A stretch of 64,000 nucleotides of DNA. Source: Candidatus Hermodarchaeota archaeon (GTDB lineage: Archaea; Asgardarchaeota; Hermodarchaeia; Hermodarchaeales; Hermodarchaeaceae). How positions within the stretch are numbered: the stretch's first letter is position 1; the number at the start of each line of letters is the position of its first letter. The stretch covers positions 67,886 through 131,885 of the forward strand of contig JAEOTB010000037.1 of the NCBI GenBank assembly GCA_016840065.1, in the 5' to 3' direction. Of the stretch, positions 30,501 to 37,872 are shown piece after piece. The notes beneath the pieces were generated by a model. That model was not told where the DNA came from, ran no database searches, and saw only the letters and a program-made list of their open reading frames with translations. The position numbers and the translations under genes were made by a program.

Positions 30501-30927
30501 TCAATTCTTCAGGTGACATATGCGAGAGACAACAAAAGGAAGACTTGAGCATAATAGGTAGACGGCCAATATAGACCTTTGTTGTGTCCTTAGGATATTC
30601 CATCCCAGTTTTCTCATCTTTATCGATTGGGGTCATTTCAAGGTAAACTGGGGCTGAGTAAGTCAGGTTTCGAATACGTGCCTCCGAAGGCGTAATCTGT
30701 CGAATAGAGCCATCAGCCTCCCTAACAGAAGGATCCCTAATCTCAATCTTACCAATCTTGACATAGAAATTCGGGATATCAGGTTCGATCTTCCCGACAT
30801 CACTAACGATTTGCTGAATACGCCGCTCTATGAGGTCGTTAAACGAATCGAGGTGCTGCCGGACGAGGCCCTTCGAAGCGAAGAAGGACTTCATTACTAC
30901 CCATCTATCTTCTGAAGTGAGCGACAT
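27565..30927 (-). CDS. rpoB: RNA polymerase subunit B (fused Rpo2)
   Basis: GDKFASRHGQKG, GGLRFGEMERD, C-terminal Zn finger. Single 1120-aa ORF. Confidence 0.98.
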   Translation of the reverse strand: MSLTSEDRWVVMKSFFASKGLVRQHLDSFNDLIERRIQQIVSDVGKIEPDIPNFYVKIGKIEIRDPSVREADGSIRQITPSEARIRNLTYSAPVYLEMTPIDKDEKTGMEYPKDTTKVYIGRLPIMLKSSFCCLSHMSPEELIQAGEDPNDPGGYFVINGSERVLVTQEDLAPNRILIEEATSSSSCTHMTKVFSTARGFRAPVTMERRTDHTFRVSFPSVPGKIPLVVLMRALGLVTDREIAGAVSDEPAIQQEMIPSFHAAESLVIPSDSEATRESALDYIGKRVAVGQTKDYRLRRAGQVLNRYLLPHIGTESSSGIAKAHYLGQMAQRLIELSLDKRAEDDKDHYANKRLKLAGDLLTSLFRVAFLNLCRDIKYQLERTATRGRKPVIKTAVRADVITERLRHALATGNWVGGKAGVSQLLDRVNYMSSISHLRRVVSPLSRSQPHFEARDLHPTHWGKICPAETPEGPNCGLVKNLALMAYISVGSDVADVEEALLSLKLSPLEGTSLEDRKGIYVYLNGRFIGVHANPELLVTRLRDRRRRGELSDEVNVAYYADTQEVQVNCDAGRVRRPLIVVKDGVSLLEKQYVERIRNRELSWDDLVRAGILEYLDAEEEENSLIAMNPEDVTEDHTHLELVPEAVLGICASLVPFAEHNQSPRNTYEAGMAKQALGLYSANFMLRVDTRSHLLHYVQSPIVTTRPMEVIGFDRRPAGQNLVVAIHSFEGYNIEDALVMNKASVERGICRSTFFRCYDAEERKYPGGQEDKFEIPSKEVRGYRAAESYRLLSEDGIIEPEFQIKGGEIVIGRTSPPRFLEEYTELEVPGPKRRETSVSLRHGERGTIDKVVFTENIDGNRLVKVKVRDERIPELGDKFASRHGQKGVIGLLAPQEDMPFTESGVVPDLVVNAHAFPSRMTLGQILESIGGKIGCLKGEKIDGTPFSGIKVQELFKEMRELGFKYSGRETMYNGITGQKYEVDLFIGVIYYQKLHHLVADKMHARARGPVQILTRQPTEGRAREGGLRFGEMERDCLIGHGAALLLRERLLEESDKYTASVCEGCGMLAEYDRNRDRHRCPVCSPRTTAISKVNISYAFKLVLQELISLGIWPRLKLADRT

Positions 30928-31239
30928 AACATTCCTCCAATGACGGAAACCCAGTCTAATTTGACCAATACTCTGCTAGACGGTGAAAAGTATCCCTTGA
31001 ACAAGGCATCGACAGCCCGCACGAGATGAAATGCCCTTGATGTTCTTGATTCGATGAACCTGTGTCTCACGTATATCTCCAGATTATAAACATGCGGCGC
31101 CAACCAGCCATCGCTCAAGTGAACCCAAGCCAACCGCCTGCGGAGTTAATTTGCCAATGTACAAAGCCCTTTTAAAGATTTTGAATCCCCGCGCCAAATG
31201 ACAACAAAATAATGCGCATACACAGAGAATAAGAAGAAG

Positions 31240-31347
31240 TGGCGCCCGCACCGGGATTCGAACCCGGGTCCTAGGAGTGACAGTCCCAGATGATAGACCT
31301 GATTCTGCATTCTGGCAGTTATTGCCAAAATCCTACACTATACGGGC
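31240..31347 (-). tRNA. tRNA-Asp(GUC) with 30-nt D-loop intron (31303-31332, position 15/16)
   Basis: GCCCGUA/UGCGGGC acceptor, CU-GUC-AC loop, UUCGAAU T-loop, encoded CCA. Intron hairpin AUUUUGGCA/UGCCAGAAU. Confidence 0.93.
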
Positions 31348-31439
31348 TGCAATAGTTTGCTTTGGGTGTTTGGATAAAAAGCTTTCTCTGCTTAGTGTGC
31401 TACGCACTTGGATTAGTGGTGCTGGTCTAAGAAAAGTGG

Positions 31440-31599
31440 TGGTCCCGCCTCCCGGATTTGAACCAGGTTATGGGTCCTTGAAATGCTCCAAGGACAAACC
31501 ATCTGGTTACTGCCTTGACTGACACCACGTCATAACCCGGGGGGCTCAGGGTGCGAGTAATCTACAGCCAGACGCTCTACCGGACTAAGCTAAGGCGGG
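31440..31599 (-). tRNA. tRNA-Tyr(GUA) with two introns: 54 nt at 37/38 (31508-31561) and 29 nt at 48/49 (31468-31496)
   Basis: CCCGCCU/AGGCGGG acceptor. BHB helices CUGU:GCAG and AUGG:CCAU. Spliced length 77 nt. Confidence 0.92.
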
Positions 31600-31667
31600 T
31601 CCTTTTGGTTTGTTGCCTTCGTTGGTACATTCCTTTTAAGATTTTTCTAAGTGTTCGTTGGCGATTG

Positions 31668-32144
31668 TTACTTTGTTCCTGTGATTGTTTTAACGATCTG
31701 GTCGGCTGCTTCTTGTATTGGGGGTGTGATTGGTTTGGCGAATTCTACGTTGAGAGGTTGGATTCCGAGGATGAGGATGATTGTTTCGATTTGGTTGAGG
31801 AGGTACTCGATGAAGAAGGTTAGGGGGAGTTGGTGGGTGGAAAATGCGACGCCACCTATGCTGTCCTTGTCTATCAGGCGGATGGTTCCTGGAGGTTCGT
31901 TCATTAGGGCAGCGTCTACGATTAGGGTGAGGGATGGTTTCATTTCGCAGAGTTGACTGATGAAGTTCTCTGGTACGGTGCTGGCGTTGATTAGTTCCAC
32001 GTTTTCAGGAACTCTGTTTTGGAGCTGTTTTATTATGTGAGGACCAACACCGTCATCGGCTTTCAAGTCGTTTCCAACGCCTAGTATGACGGTGCGTGAT
32101 GATTTCCTAAGCTCTCCTGTTAAGCGTTGTCTCCAAGACTCCAT
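31668..32144 (-). CDS. hycI: Hydrogenase maturation protease (HycI family)
   Basis: ILGVGNDLKADDGVG, VPENF, VDAA, STHQLPL. Confidence 0.88.
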   Translation of the reverse strand: MESWRQRLTGELRKSSRTVILGVGNDLKADDGVGPHIIKQLQNRVPENVELINASTVPENFISQLCEMKPSLTLIVDAALMNEPPGTIRLIDKDSIGGVAFSTHQLPLTFFIEYLLNQIETIILILGIQPLNVEFAKPITPPIQEAADQIVKTITGTK

Positions 32145-32223
32145 TTTGTGAGAAGAATTTATAATAAGTGATAAAGGTTGCTATTCCTAGTAGCATCAAC
32201 TGATCTGTTGAAGGGGTATACCA

Positions 32224-32829
32224 TTGGTAGATGAGCATCCACTGGAAGAAGTTTCTCTAGATGAAGATAAGGAAGAACCGCGCCCTCAGCTCCCAGAGGA
32301 ACCTATAACAGCGAAGCTGTCCAGAGGACGTGTCGTAGTTAAGGGGGAGATGGCCCGTGTTCTATACGACGCTGGGCACTTTGGCACTTTGAAAAGTGAA
32401 TTAGAACTCGTCTTAGAGGCTGAGGAAGCCCTCTTACTTATACGACGAAAGCGAATTCAGGTCTTTGACAGAAAAGGAACTGAACTAGATTTCTCGGTGT
32501 TGCTTCAGATATTATCAGAACGCCACCCTAGATTATGGACGCAGTATCTTGTATACAGTGACCTTAGGAGCAGAGGTTATGTTGTCCGAACAGGCTATGG
32601 AAAAGGACTCTGGTTTCGCGTTTATCCACGGGGCGCCAAACTAAACGAGGCAACAGCGAAATATTTTGTGTGCGCCATATCAGAGGGTTCACCACTTAAA
32701 GTAGCAGAACTTGAGAAGCTTAGCAGTCTAGCGTTAAGGAACCGGAAAAAGCTGATGCTAGCTGTCTTGGATAGACAAGGTGAAACAACCTACTATCTAG
32801 TTTCACACGCCGACATCACGGCAGACTAG
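32224..32829 (+). CDS. endA: tRNA-intron (BHB) splicing endonuclease subunit, probably the structural subunit
   Basis: EEALLL, YLVYSDLRSRGYVVRTG, FRVY, RKKLMLAVLD. No catalytic His after FRVY. Confidence 0.85.
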   Translation: MVDEHPLEEVSLDEDKEEPRPQLPEEPITAKLSRGRVVVKGEMARVLYDAGHFGTLKSELELVLEAEEALLLIRRKRIQVFDRKGTELDFSVLLQILSERHPRLWTQYLVYSDLRSRGYVVRTGYGKGLWFRVYPRGAKLNEATAKYFVCAISEGSPLKVAELEKLSSLALRNRKKLMLAVLDRQGETTYYLVSHADITAD

Positions 32830-32843
32830 ATAAAGGGAATAGG

Positions 32844-32970
32844 TGGCGGGCCCGCCGGGAAATTCAGCATACACGATTTGTATAGCGCGTTCGAACCCGG
32901 GATTACTGGCTTAGGAGGCCAGCGCCTTCTTCGGGGTATCAGTGAACCAATCCGACTTGGCCACGGGCCC
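32844..32970 (-). tRNA. tRNA-Arg(CCU) with 21-nt D-loop intron (32929-32949) and 29-nt T-loop intron (32861-32889, 59/60)
   Basis: GGGCCCG acceptor, CU-CCU-AA loop. BHB helices UCGG:CCGA and UUCG:UGAA. Spliced length 77 nt. Confidence 0.92.
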
Positions 32971-33017
32971 TCGGAATCACCCTGTGCTAGAGGAAACACC
33001 TATTTCCATATTTCGCT

Positions 33018-33704
33018 TCATTTCACTAAACGTTTGATATCCGAGTCAGTGCCCACATAAACAGCGTTAGTTTGGTGGGGAAATAGGCCAGTTTCTAGAA
33101 CCCCAGGTATTGATATCAATTGGCAATCTAGTTGGGCAGCATCAATGATTTCTGAAAATGTCACATCGACGATGAAATTTCCATTATCGGTGATTACAGG
33201 ACCAGCTTTGCGATGGGCTTGCCTCACCTTTGGCGTACCCCCAAGTTCTCTAATTCTCTTCAAGGAAAGTGACAAAGCAGGAGGTATCACCTCAACAGGC
33301 ACAGGCATTTTCACACCCAGCTTCGAAACAAGTTTTCCTTGATCTACGATAACGATGAACTCCTCGGCGGTTTCAGCAAGAATCTTTTCCCGCAAAAGCG
33401 CGGCACCACCCCCCTTGATTAACGCGAGTTGACTATCAACCTCATCTGCCCCGTCAATTGCAAGTGGAATCGTCGATATACTGGTTAGGCATTCTACTCT
33501 AAATCCAGCAGCTCGGAGCCGATGACCAGTAGCAAAGGAGCTAGGAACGGTTACAATCGAGATCTTGTCCGCAGCCACCTTTTCTATCAACAGGTCTATG
33601 AAAATATCAACCGTCGAACCAGTGCCAACGCCAAGGGTCATTCCATCAGTAACGTGGACCAGCGCTGCTTCAGCAGCCCTTCGCTTCTCATCTATTGCAG
33701 CCAT
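33018..33704 (-). CDS. rpiA: Ribose-5-phosphate isomerase A
   Basis: GVGTGST, DGADEVD, IKGGGAALLREK, TDNGN. Confidence 0.97.
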   Translation of the reverse strand: MAAIDEKRRAAEAALVHVTDGMTLGVGTGSTVDIFIDLLIEKVAADKISIVTVPSSFATGHRLRAAGFRVECLTSISTIPLAIDGADEVDSQLALIKGGGAALLREKILAETAEEFIVIVDQGKLVSKLGVKMPVPVEVIPPALSLSLKRIRELGGTPKVRQAHRKAGPVITDNGNFIVDVTFSEIIDAAQLDCQLISIPGVLETGLFPHQTNAVYVGTDSDIKRLVK

Positions 33705-33776
33705 TGATTCAACCTTCCATCCCTCCAGTCTCCTAGAACTTAATATAACTTACCAAGGAGCCGAGAAGAAAATAGA

Positions 33777-33853
33777 TGGAGCCTCGGGCGGGATTCGAAC
33801 CCGCGACCCTCGCCTTACCAAGGCGATGCGCTACCGAGCTATGCCACCGAGGC
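33777..33853 (-). tRNA. tRNA-Thr(GGU), no intron
   Basis: Complete cloverleaf, UU-GGU-AA loop, encoded CCA. Confidence 0.96.
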
Positions 33854-33868
33854 TCATATGAAGAGAAG

Positions 33869-34014
33869 TGCCGAGGGCGGGCTTTTCGCCGAACATTGCT
33901 GTTCAGTTTCGAACCCGCGATCTCCAGATGGCTCCGGCGCCAGGTTCAATTATAATTGACCCTGGGGCAACGCCCTATGAGTCTGGCGCTCGAACCAGGC
34001 TAAGCTACCTCGGC
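33869..34014 (-). tRNA. tRNA-Met(CAU), elongator type, with 46-nt intron at 37/38 (33930-33975) and 25-nt T-loop intron (33883-33907)
   Basis: GCCGAGG/CCUCGGC acceptor, CCAGA/UCUGG anticodon stem. T-loop BHB UUCG:CGAA with a GCAA-capped hairpin. Confidence 0.9.
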
Positions 34015-34159
34015 GTTTCCCTATCCCTGATTCGTTCCTTTTAATTCTTATTCTCAGGACCGCTACCCCCATTCAGTGCTCGAAGCAGTTTTAAAGAGAA
34101 GGCTGTCTCATCATTGAATGCGGGGGCCCTTCAAGGGTCAGCGACCGCATGACAAGGCG

Positions 34160-34260
34160 GCGGGGGTTTCCAAGAGACCCTATAGCCAAGCCTGGTCAAA
34201 GGCGCAGGACTTAAGATCCTGTCTCGCAGGAGTTCCCGGGTTCGAAGCCCGGCCCCCGCA
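34160..34260 (+). tRNA. tRNA-Leu(UAA) with 16-nt intron at position 8/9 (34168-34183)
   Basis: GCGGGGG/CCCCCGC acceptor, long variable arm, CU-UAA-GA loop. BHB GGGG:CCCU with bulges GU|U and AU|A. Confidence 0.88.
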
Positions 34261-34329
34261 CCTTTCTTTTAGATAACCTCACTTCCAGTTAGAAAATGAA
34301 AAGCCGTTTTCATAAGGAAAAAAGGAGAG

Positions 34330-34435
34330 TGGAGCCTCGGGCGAGGATTGAACTCACGACCAGCAGCTTACAAGGTTCAACGTTACCGGTTTGGTTTCCG
34401 GAAACTCTGTCGCTCTACCACTGAGCTACCGAGGC
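34330..34435 (-). tRNA. tRNA-Thr(UGU) with 31-nt intron in the anticodon stem (34376-34406, 30/31)
   Basis: GCCUCGG acceptor, CU-UGU-AA loop. BHB CGAC:GUUG with bulges AG|A and AA|C. Confidence 0.9.
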
Positions 34436-34547
34436 ACTCCTGCAGGTGAAGGATTACTACTATATGACTTTTATTGCGGTTGTTGAGGCGGCGGGGCTTG
34501 ACAGGTAACCTTTTTCAATACCTCAGTTATTCATTCTTGTACTCAGC

Positions 34548-34653
34548 GGGCTGGTGGTCTAGATTCCCAGAAGGATAGCCTTCTGGACTAGATTGGTATG
34601 ATTCGCGGTTTGGGTCCGTGAGATCCCGGGTTCAAATCCCGGCCGGCCCACCA
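34548..34653 (+). tRNA. tRNA-Pro(UGG) with 29-nt D-loop intron (34565-34593)
   Basis: GGGCUGG/CCGGCCC acceptor, UU-UGG-GU loop. BHB CUAG:CUAG and hairpin CCAGAAGG/CCUUCUGG. Confidence 0.92.
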
Positions 34654-34730
34654 CTCTTTTCTTTGCTGTCATTAATTCAGGTTTCTGGTATTACGAAACA
34701 AATATATATTCAGAGTTGTTGTGATTGTTC

Positions 34731-34850
34731 GGACGCGGTCATAGAAACTGGGTCACTCCCGGTCCCGTTCTGATCCCGGAAGATAAGCCGGTTTCGTCTG
34801 TCCGAGTACTGATGTCCGAGAGGCTTCGGAAAAGGTCCGAACTGCGTCCA
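34731..34850 (+). rRNA. rrf: 5S rRNA
   Basis: GGACGCGG/CUGCGUCC terminal helix, GGUCAUAG, GAAGAUAAGCC, AGUAC loop E, 120 nt. TATA-like ATATATAT upstream. Confidence 0.9.
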
Positions 34851-34933
34851 TTTCTTCTGCCTTTTAGCAAAGGTTTTTATTCGCTATTGGAACCGTTCGG
34901 GAAATAGATACAGATTACTGGTGAGCTATACAA

Positions 34934-36034
34934 ATGCAAGTTGGTACCGAGTGGTCGTGGATATTTCAGTTAATATTCATGGTCTTGTTTTTACTGATTT
35001 ACCTTTACGGAACACGACTTCAGACATACATGATGCAGCGGCAAGTTGAAGCTGCTACAGTGCAGCTAGAGTCACTTTCAAAGCAGGGCAAACAGATTGC
35101 CTTTCGAGTGTTTAAAGAAATTGGAGTAGCGGAAGACGCTATCAATGCAGCCGTTGAAGAGTTCATGGAGTTCTTCATAATTGAGCCTGTGAACGTTGAT
35201 CCAGCTGGCGTTCTGGGGAGATTGGAGCATCTTTTAGATGTACGCACACACAGATACGAGAAACACATAGCGCGGGTTGCTCCAAAAGCTGAACCTGCGC
35301 TAGCAGCTAACGCGGAGAGTGTACTCAGTGCAGCGATGGCTGTTTACTATGTTTTCCGTGTTGTACGTCACTACTTGATTCTCGGAAAGAAGACGAAGAG
35401 CCTTTACCTAATCATGCAGGTCCAGATGCAACTCCCACAAATCATGCAGATGGCTAAAGCCTACTTTGACGCCATTAAAGCATTTGCTGATGGTAAGCCC
35501 ATAGGAGACGGTATGGGTCCTTTAGCTGTTGCACACCTAGCTCGAGAATTAAAGGCAAATAAATCTGAGGAGCTTGCACGGCACACAGTGTCCATTTCCG
35601 CCAAGTTTGAAGGACGAACTTTACACATTGTTCGCGCAAAGGGACATGGCTCACATGTAGGCAAGCCTGGCGAAGCAATTAGGAAGTTAGTTGACCGCCA
35701 CAAAAGCAAAGTCGCTAGGATTATCACAGTTGATGCCGGCTTGAAGCTTGAGGGTGAAGATAGTGGACATGTCATTGAAGGAGTCGGTGCGGCAATTGGT
35801 GACCCTGGACCAGAGAAATGGAAAATGGAAGAGTCAGGTGTCAGATACGACATCCCGATTGATGCTATCGTTATCAAAGAGTCTCTCGAAGATGCCCTCA
35901 GCCCGATGAAAAAAGCGCTTGTTGATGCTGTCCCAAAGGTTATTGAACGGATAAAAAGTGCTATTCGCCTTCGTACAAAGAAGGGTGACACCATCATTGT
36001 AGCGGGCATTGGCAACACAATGGGTATTGCGTGA
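34934..36034 (+). CDS. DUF1512-family conserved archaeal protein with N-terminal TM
   Basis: IEPVNVDPAG, PIGDGMGP, ITVDAGLKLEGE, GIGNTMGI. Confidence 0.8.
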   Translation: MQVGTEWSWIFQLIFMVLFLLIYLYGTRLQTYMMQRQVEAATVQLESLSKQGKQIAFRVFKEIGVAEDAINAAVEEFMEFFIIEPVNVDPAGVLGRLEHLLDVRTHRYEKHIARVAPKAEPALAANAESVLSAAMAVYYVFRVVRHYLILGKKTKSLYLIMQVQMQLPQIMQMAKAYFDAIKAFADGKPIGDGMGPLAVAHLARELKANKSEELARHTVSISAKFEGRTLHIVRAKGHGSHVGKPGEAIRKLVDRHKSKVARIITVDAGLKLEGEDSGHVIEGVGAAIGDPGPEKWKMEESGVRYDIPIDAIVIKESLEDALSPMKKALVDAVPKVIERIKSAIRLRTKKGDTIIVAGIGNTMGIA

Positions 36035-36094
36035 AGTAAATTCCTTCATTCGAAGGGTTCTCAACATAGGAATTCAGAAATATCCAAAGGAGTC

Positions 36095-36601
36095 ATGGGA
36101 GGTCATTCATTGCCTGAACACCGTTACGATTGGGTGGCGATAGGCGGCACCTTTGACAGGCTTCACAAAGGACACAAGGTTCTATTAAGCAGAGCCTTCG
36201 AGCTTGGCAACAACGTTCTCGTTGGCTTGACAACTCAATCAATGATAACCCACAAACCAGACTGGGAATTAATAGCCCCTTACGAAGAAAGAGCAGCTAA
36301 ACTAAGACATTGGATGGAATCTGAGGGCTATAAAGGGCGCTTCACTATCGAACCCTTATGCGACCCTTATGGGCCAGCAATAACAGAGGAGAAACTACAA
36401 CTCATTGTTGTAAGCGAAGAAACCTACACCAGGGCCGTTGAAATCAACGAAATTCGGCAACAACGTGGGCTCCCAATCCTAGACATAGCAGTGCTTACAA
36501 TGGTTTTAGCAGAGGACAAAACCTCTATTTCTTCAACACGAATCCGAGCAGGGATAATTGATCAAGATGGTCAGCTCGAATACCGCGACCGCTCCACTTG
36601 A
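36095..36601 (+). CDS. coaD: Phosphopantetheine adenylyltransferase (archaeal type)
   Basis: GGTFDRLHKGH, DPYGP, VVSEET, ISSTRIR. Confidence 0.92.
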   Translation: MGGHSLPEHRYDWVAIGGTFDRLHKGHKVLLSRAFELGNNVLVGLTTQSMITHKPDWELIAPYEERAAKLRHWMESEGYKGRFTIEPLCDPYGPAITEEKLQLIVVSEETYTRAVEINEIRQQRGLPILDIAVLTMVLAEDKTSISSTRIRAGIIDQDGQLEYRDRST

Positions 36602-36644
36602 CAGTGGAAGGCTTTAAGTGTAGGCAATAGATTTCTTTCATTTA

Positions 36645-36962
36645 GCGATGAAAGGATACTGCCACCTACGAGGTCATGTCTGAAGGTATGGACCCTGATG
36701 AAGACTTGAGCATAATGGTGGCGACACTGGAGCTAGTTGAGGGTTATGCGGCATGTGACAGGCTCCTACACGATCTACGGCGTGGCGCCAAGAGGTGATT
36801 GTTGGGGCAACCCAGAATGTCCACAACTCAACGCCGGGTCGAGTCTAGTTCGCATATCTCGGCACATCAAGAGAGGACCTGCCGGAGGGTTGAAGGCGTT
36901 TCGCCCACCGAGGACGGTGGGGAGTTAGTGTTCTCGAGGAACAGAGCAAGGCCGACCCACCA
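36645..36962 (+). ncRNA. Unassigned structured non-coding RNA candidate (~320 nt)
   Basis: GC-rich intergenic region after TATA-like CTTTAAG (36612-36618). Several closed helical domains; ends GACCC-ACCA. Confidence 0.5.
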
Positions 36963-36977
36963 ATTATTTCAAAACTT

Positions 36978-37859
36978 ATGACATCTAGCAGAGTGAGTTA
37001 CGTGAATAGTCATCAAAGCCGACCACGTAGAAGTTTTTTCAAGTTTCTTCAACAACGCTTAGGTGACAAGATCCCGGATACCCTGCTGCCACGACGCCTT
37101 CGTCTCTACGGTCATGTAGCTGTTCTCTGGTTAGACCCTAAGATTCTATCTCAAAGTGAAGTTGTGGGAAAAACAGTTCTGGAATACGATTCTCGAATAC
37201 ATTCAGTTTTAAGACGCACCAATCCAATTTCAGGCCCCTTTCGTCAGCCAGCTTTGGAGGTAATTGCTGGTTCGCATGAGACAGAGACTGTCTTTTCAGA
37301 GAATAGGTGCACTTTTCATATCGATCCAATGAAAGTCATGTTCTCCCTTGGAAATAAAGCGGAACGAGAACGCATGAGCAAACTAGGAACAAATGAAGTT
37401 GTTGTAGACATGTTCGCGGGTATTGGGCAATTCACAATCCCAATGGCAGTTCATGCCTCTCCTCAAGTTATTCACGCAATTGAATGGAACCCAGATGCCT
37501 TTCATTACCTCCAACGAAATATCCGTTCTAATCGAGTTAATGATATTGTGACCTCTCACCAAGGAGACGCAGCTATCATCGCGCCTGATGTAGCTCAAAA
37601 CCAATCAGATCGTGTATTAATGGGATTAGTGCAAGGTACAGTACAATATATCAATCAGGGAATAGTGTGCCTTCGACCAGGCGGGGTTCTACACTATCAT
37701 GAAATCTGCCCTCGCCCCGATGCATGCGCCATTGCAGCAAAACAAGTCGAACGCGCTGCTCAGCAATTGGACAGAAAAGTACGAATTTTAAATGCTCGGG
37801 TAATCAAGTCCTATAACTCACAGAGCGATCATGTAGTTTTGGATATACAAGTTGATTAG
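36978..37859 (+). CDS. Trm5/Taw2 (Met10+-like) SAM-dependent tRNA modification enzyme
   Basis: KVMFSLGNKAERERM, VVDMFAGIGQF, IEWNP, DRVLMG, LHYHE. Confidence 0.85.
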   Translation: MTSSRVSYVNSHQSRPRRSFFKFLQQRLGDKIPDTLLPRRLRLYGHVAVLWLDPKILSQSEVVGKTVLEYDSRIHSVLRRTNPISGPFRQPALEVIAGSHETETVFSENRCTFHIDPMKVMFSLGNKAERERMSKLGTNEVVVDMFAGIGQFTIPMAVHASPQVIHAIEWNPDAFHYLQRNIRSNRVNDIVTSHQGDAAIIAPDVAQNQSDRVLMGLVQGTVQYINQGIVCLRPGGVLHYHEICPRPDACAIAAKQVERAAQQLDRKVRILNARVIKSYNSQSDHVVLDIQVD

Positions 37860-37872
37860 TAGGTGGGTCGGT

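Noticed and set aside
30897-31133. 78-aa ORF in the usual rpoH position
   Set aside because: No RpoH motifs (HxLVPxH, LPxI...DP, GDxxxIxR) in this or the other frames I read.
32190-32222. TGAAGGGGTA upstream of endA resembling the tuf/dnaG intron end
   Set aside because: No matching GCCU helix or bulge upstream. Better explained as the ribosome-binding site.
36695-36725. CUGAUGA as a hammerhead ribozyme core
   Set aside because: No stem II followed by GAAA and no compatible stems I and III.
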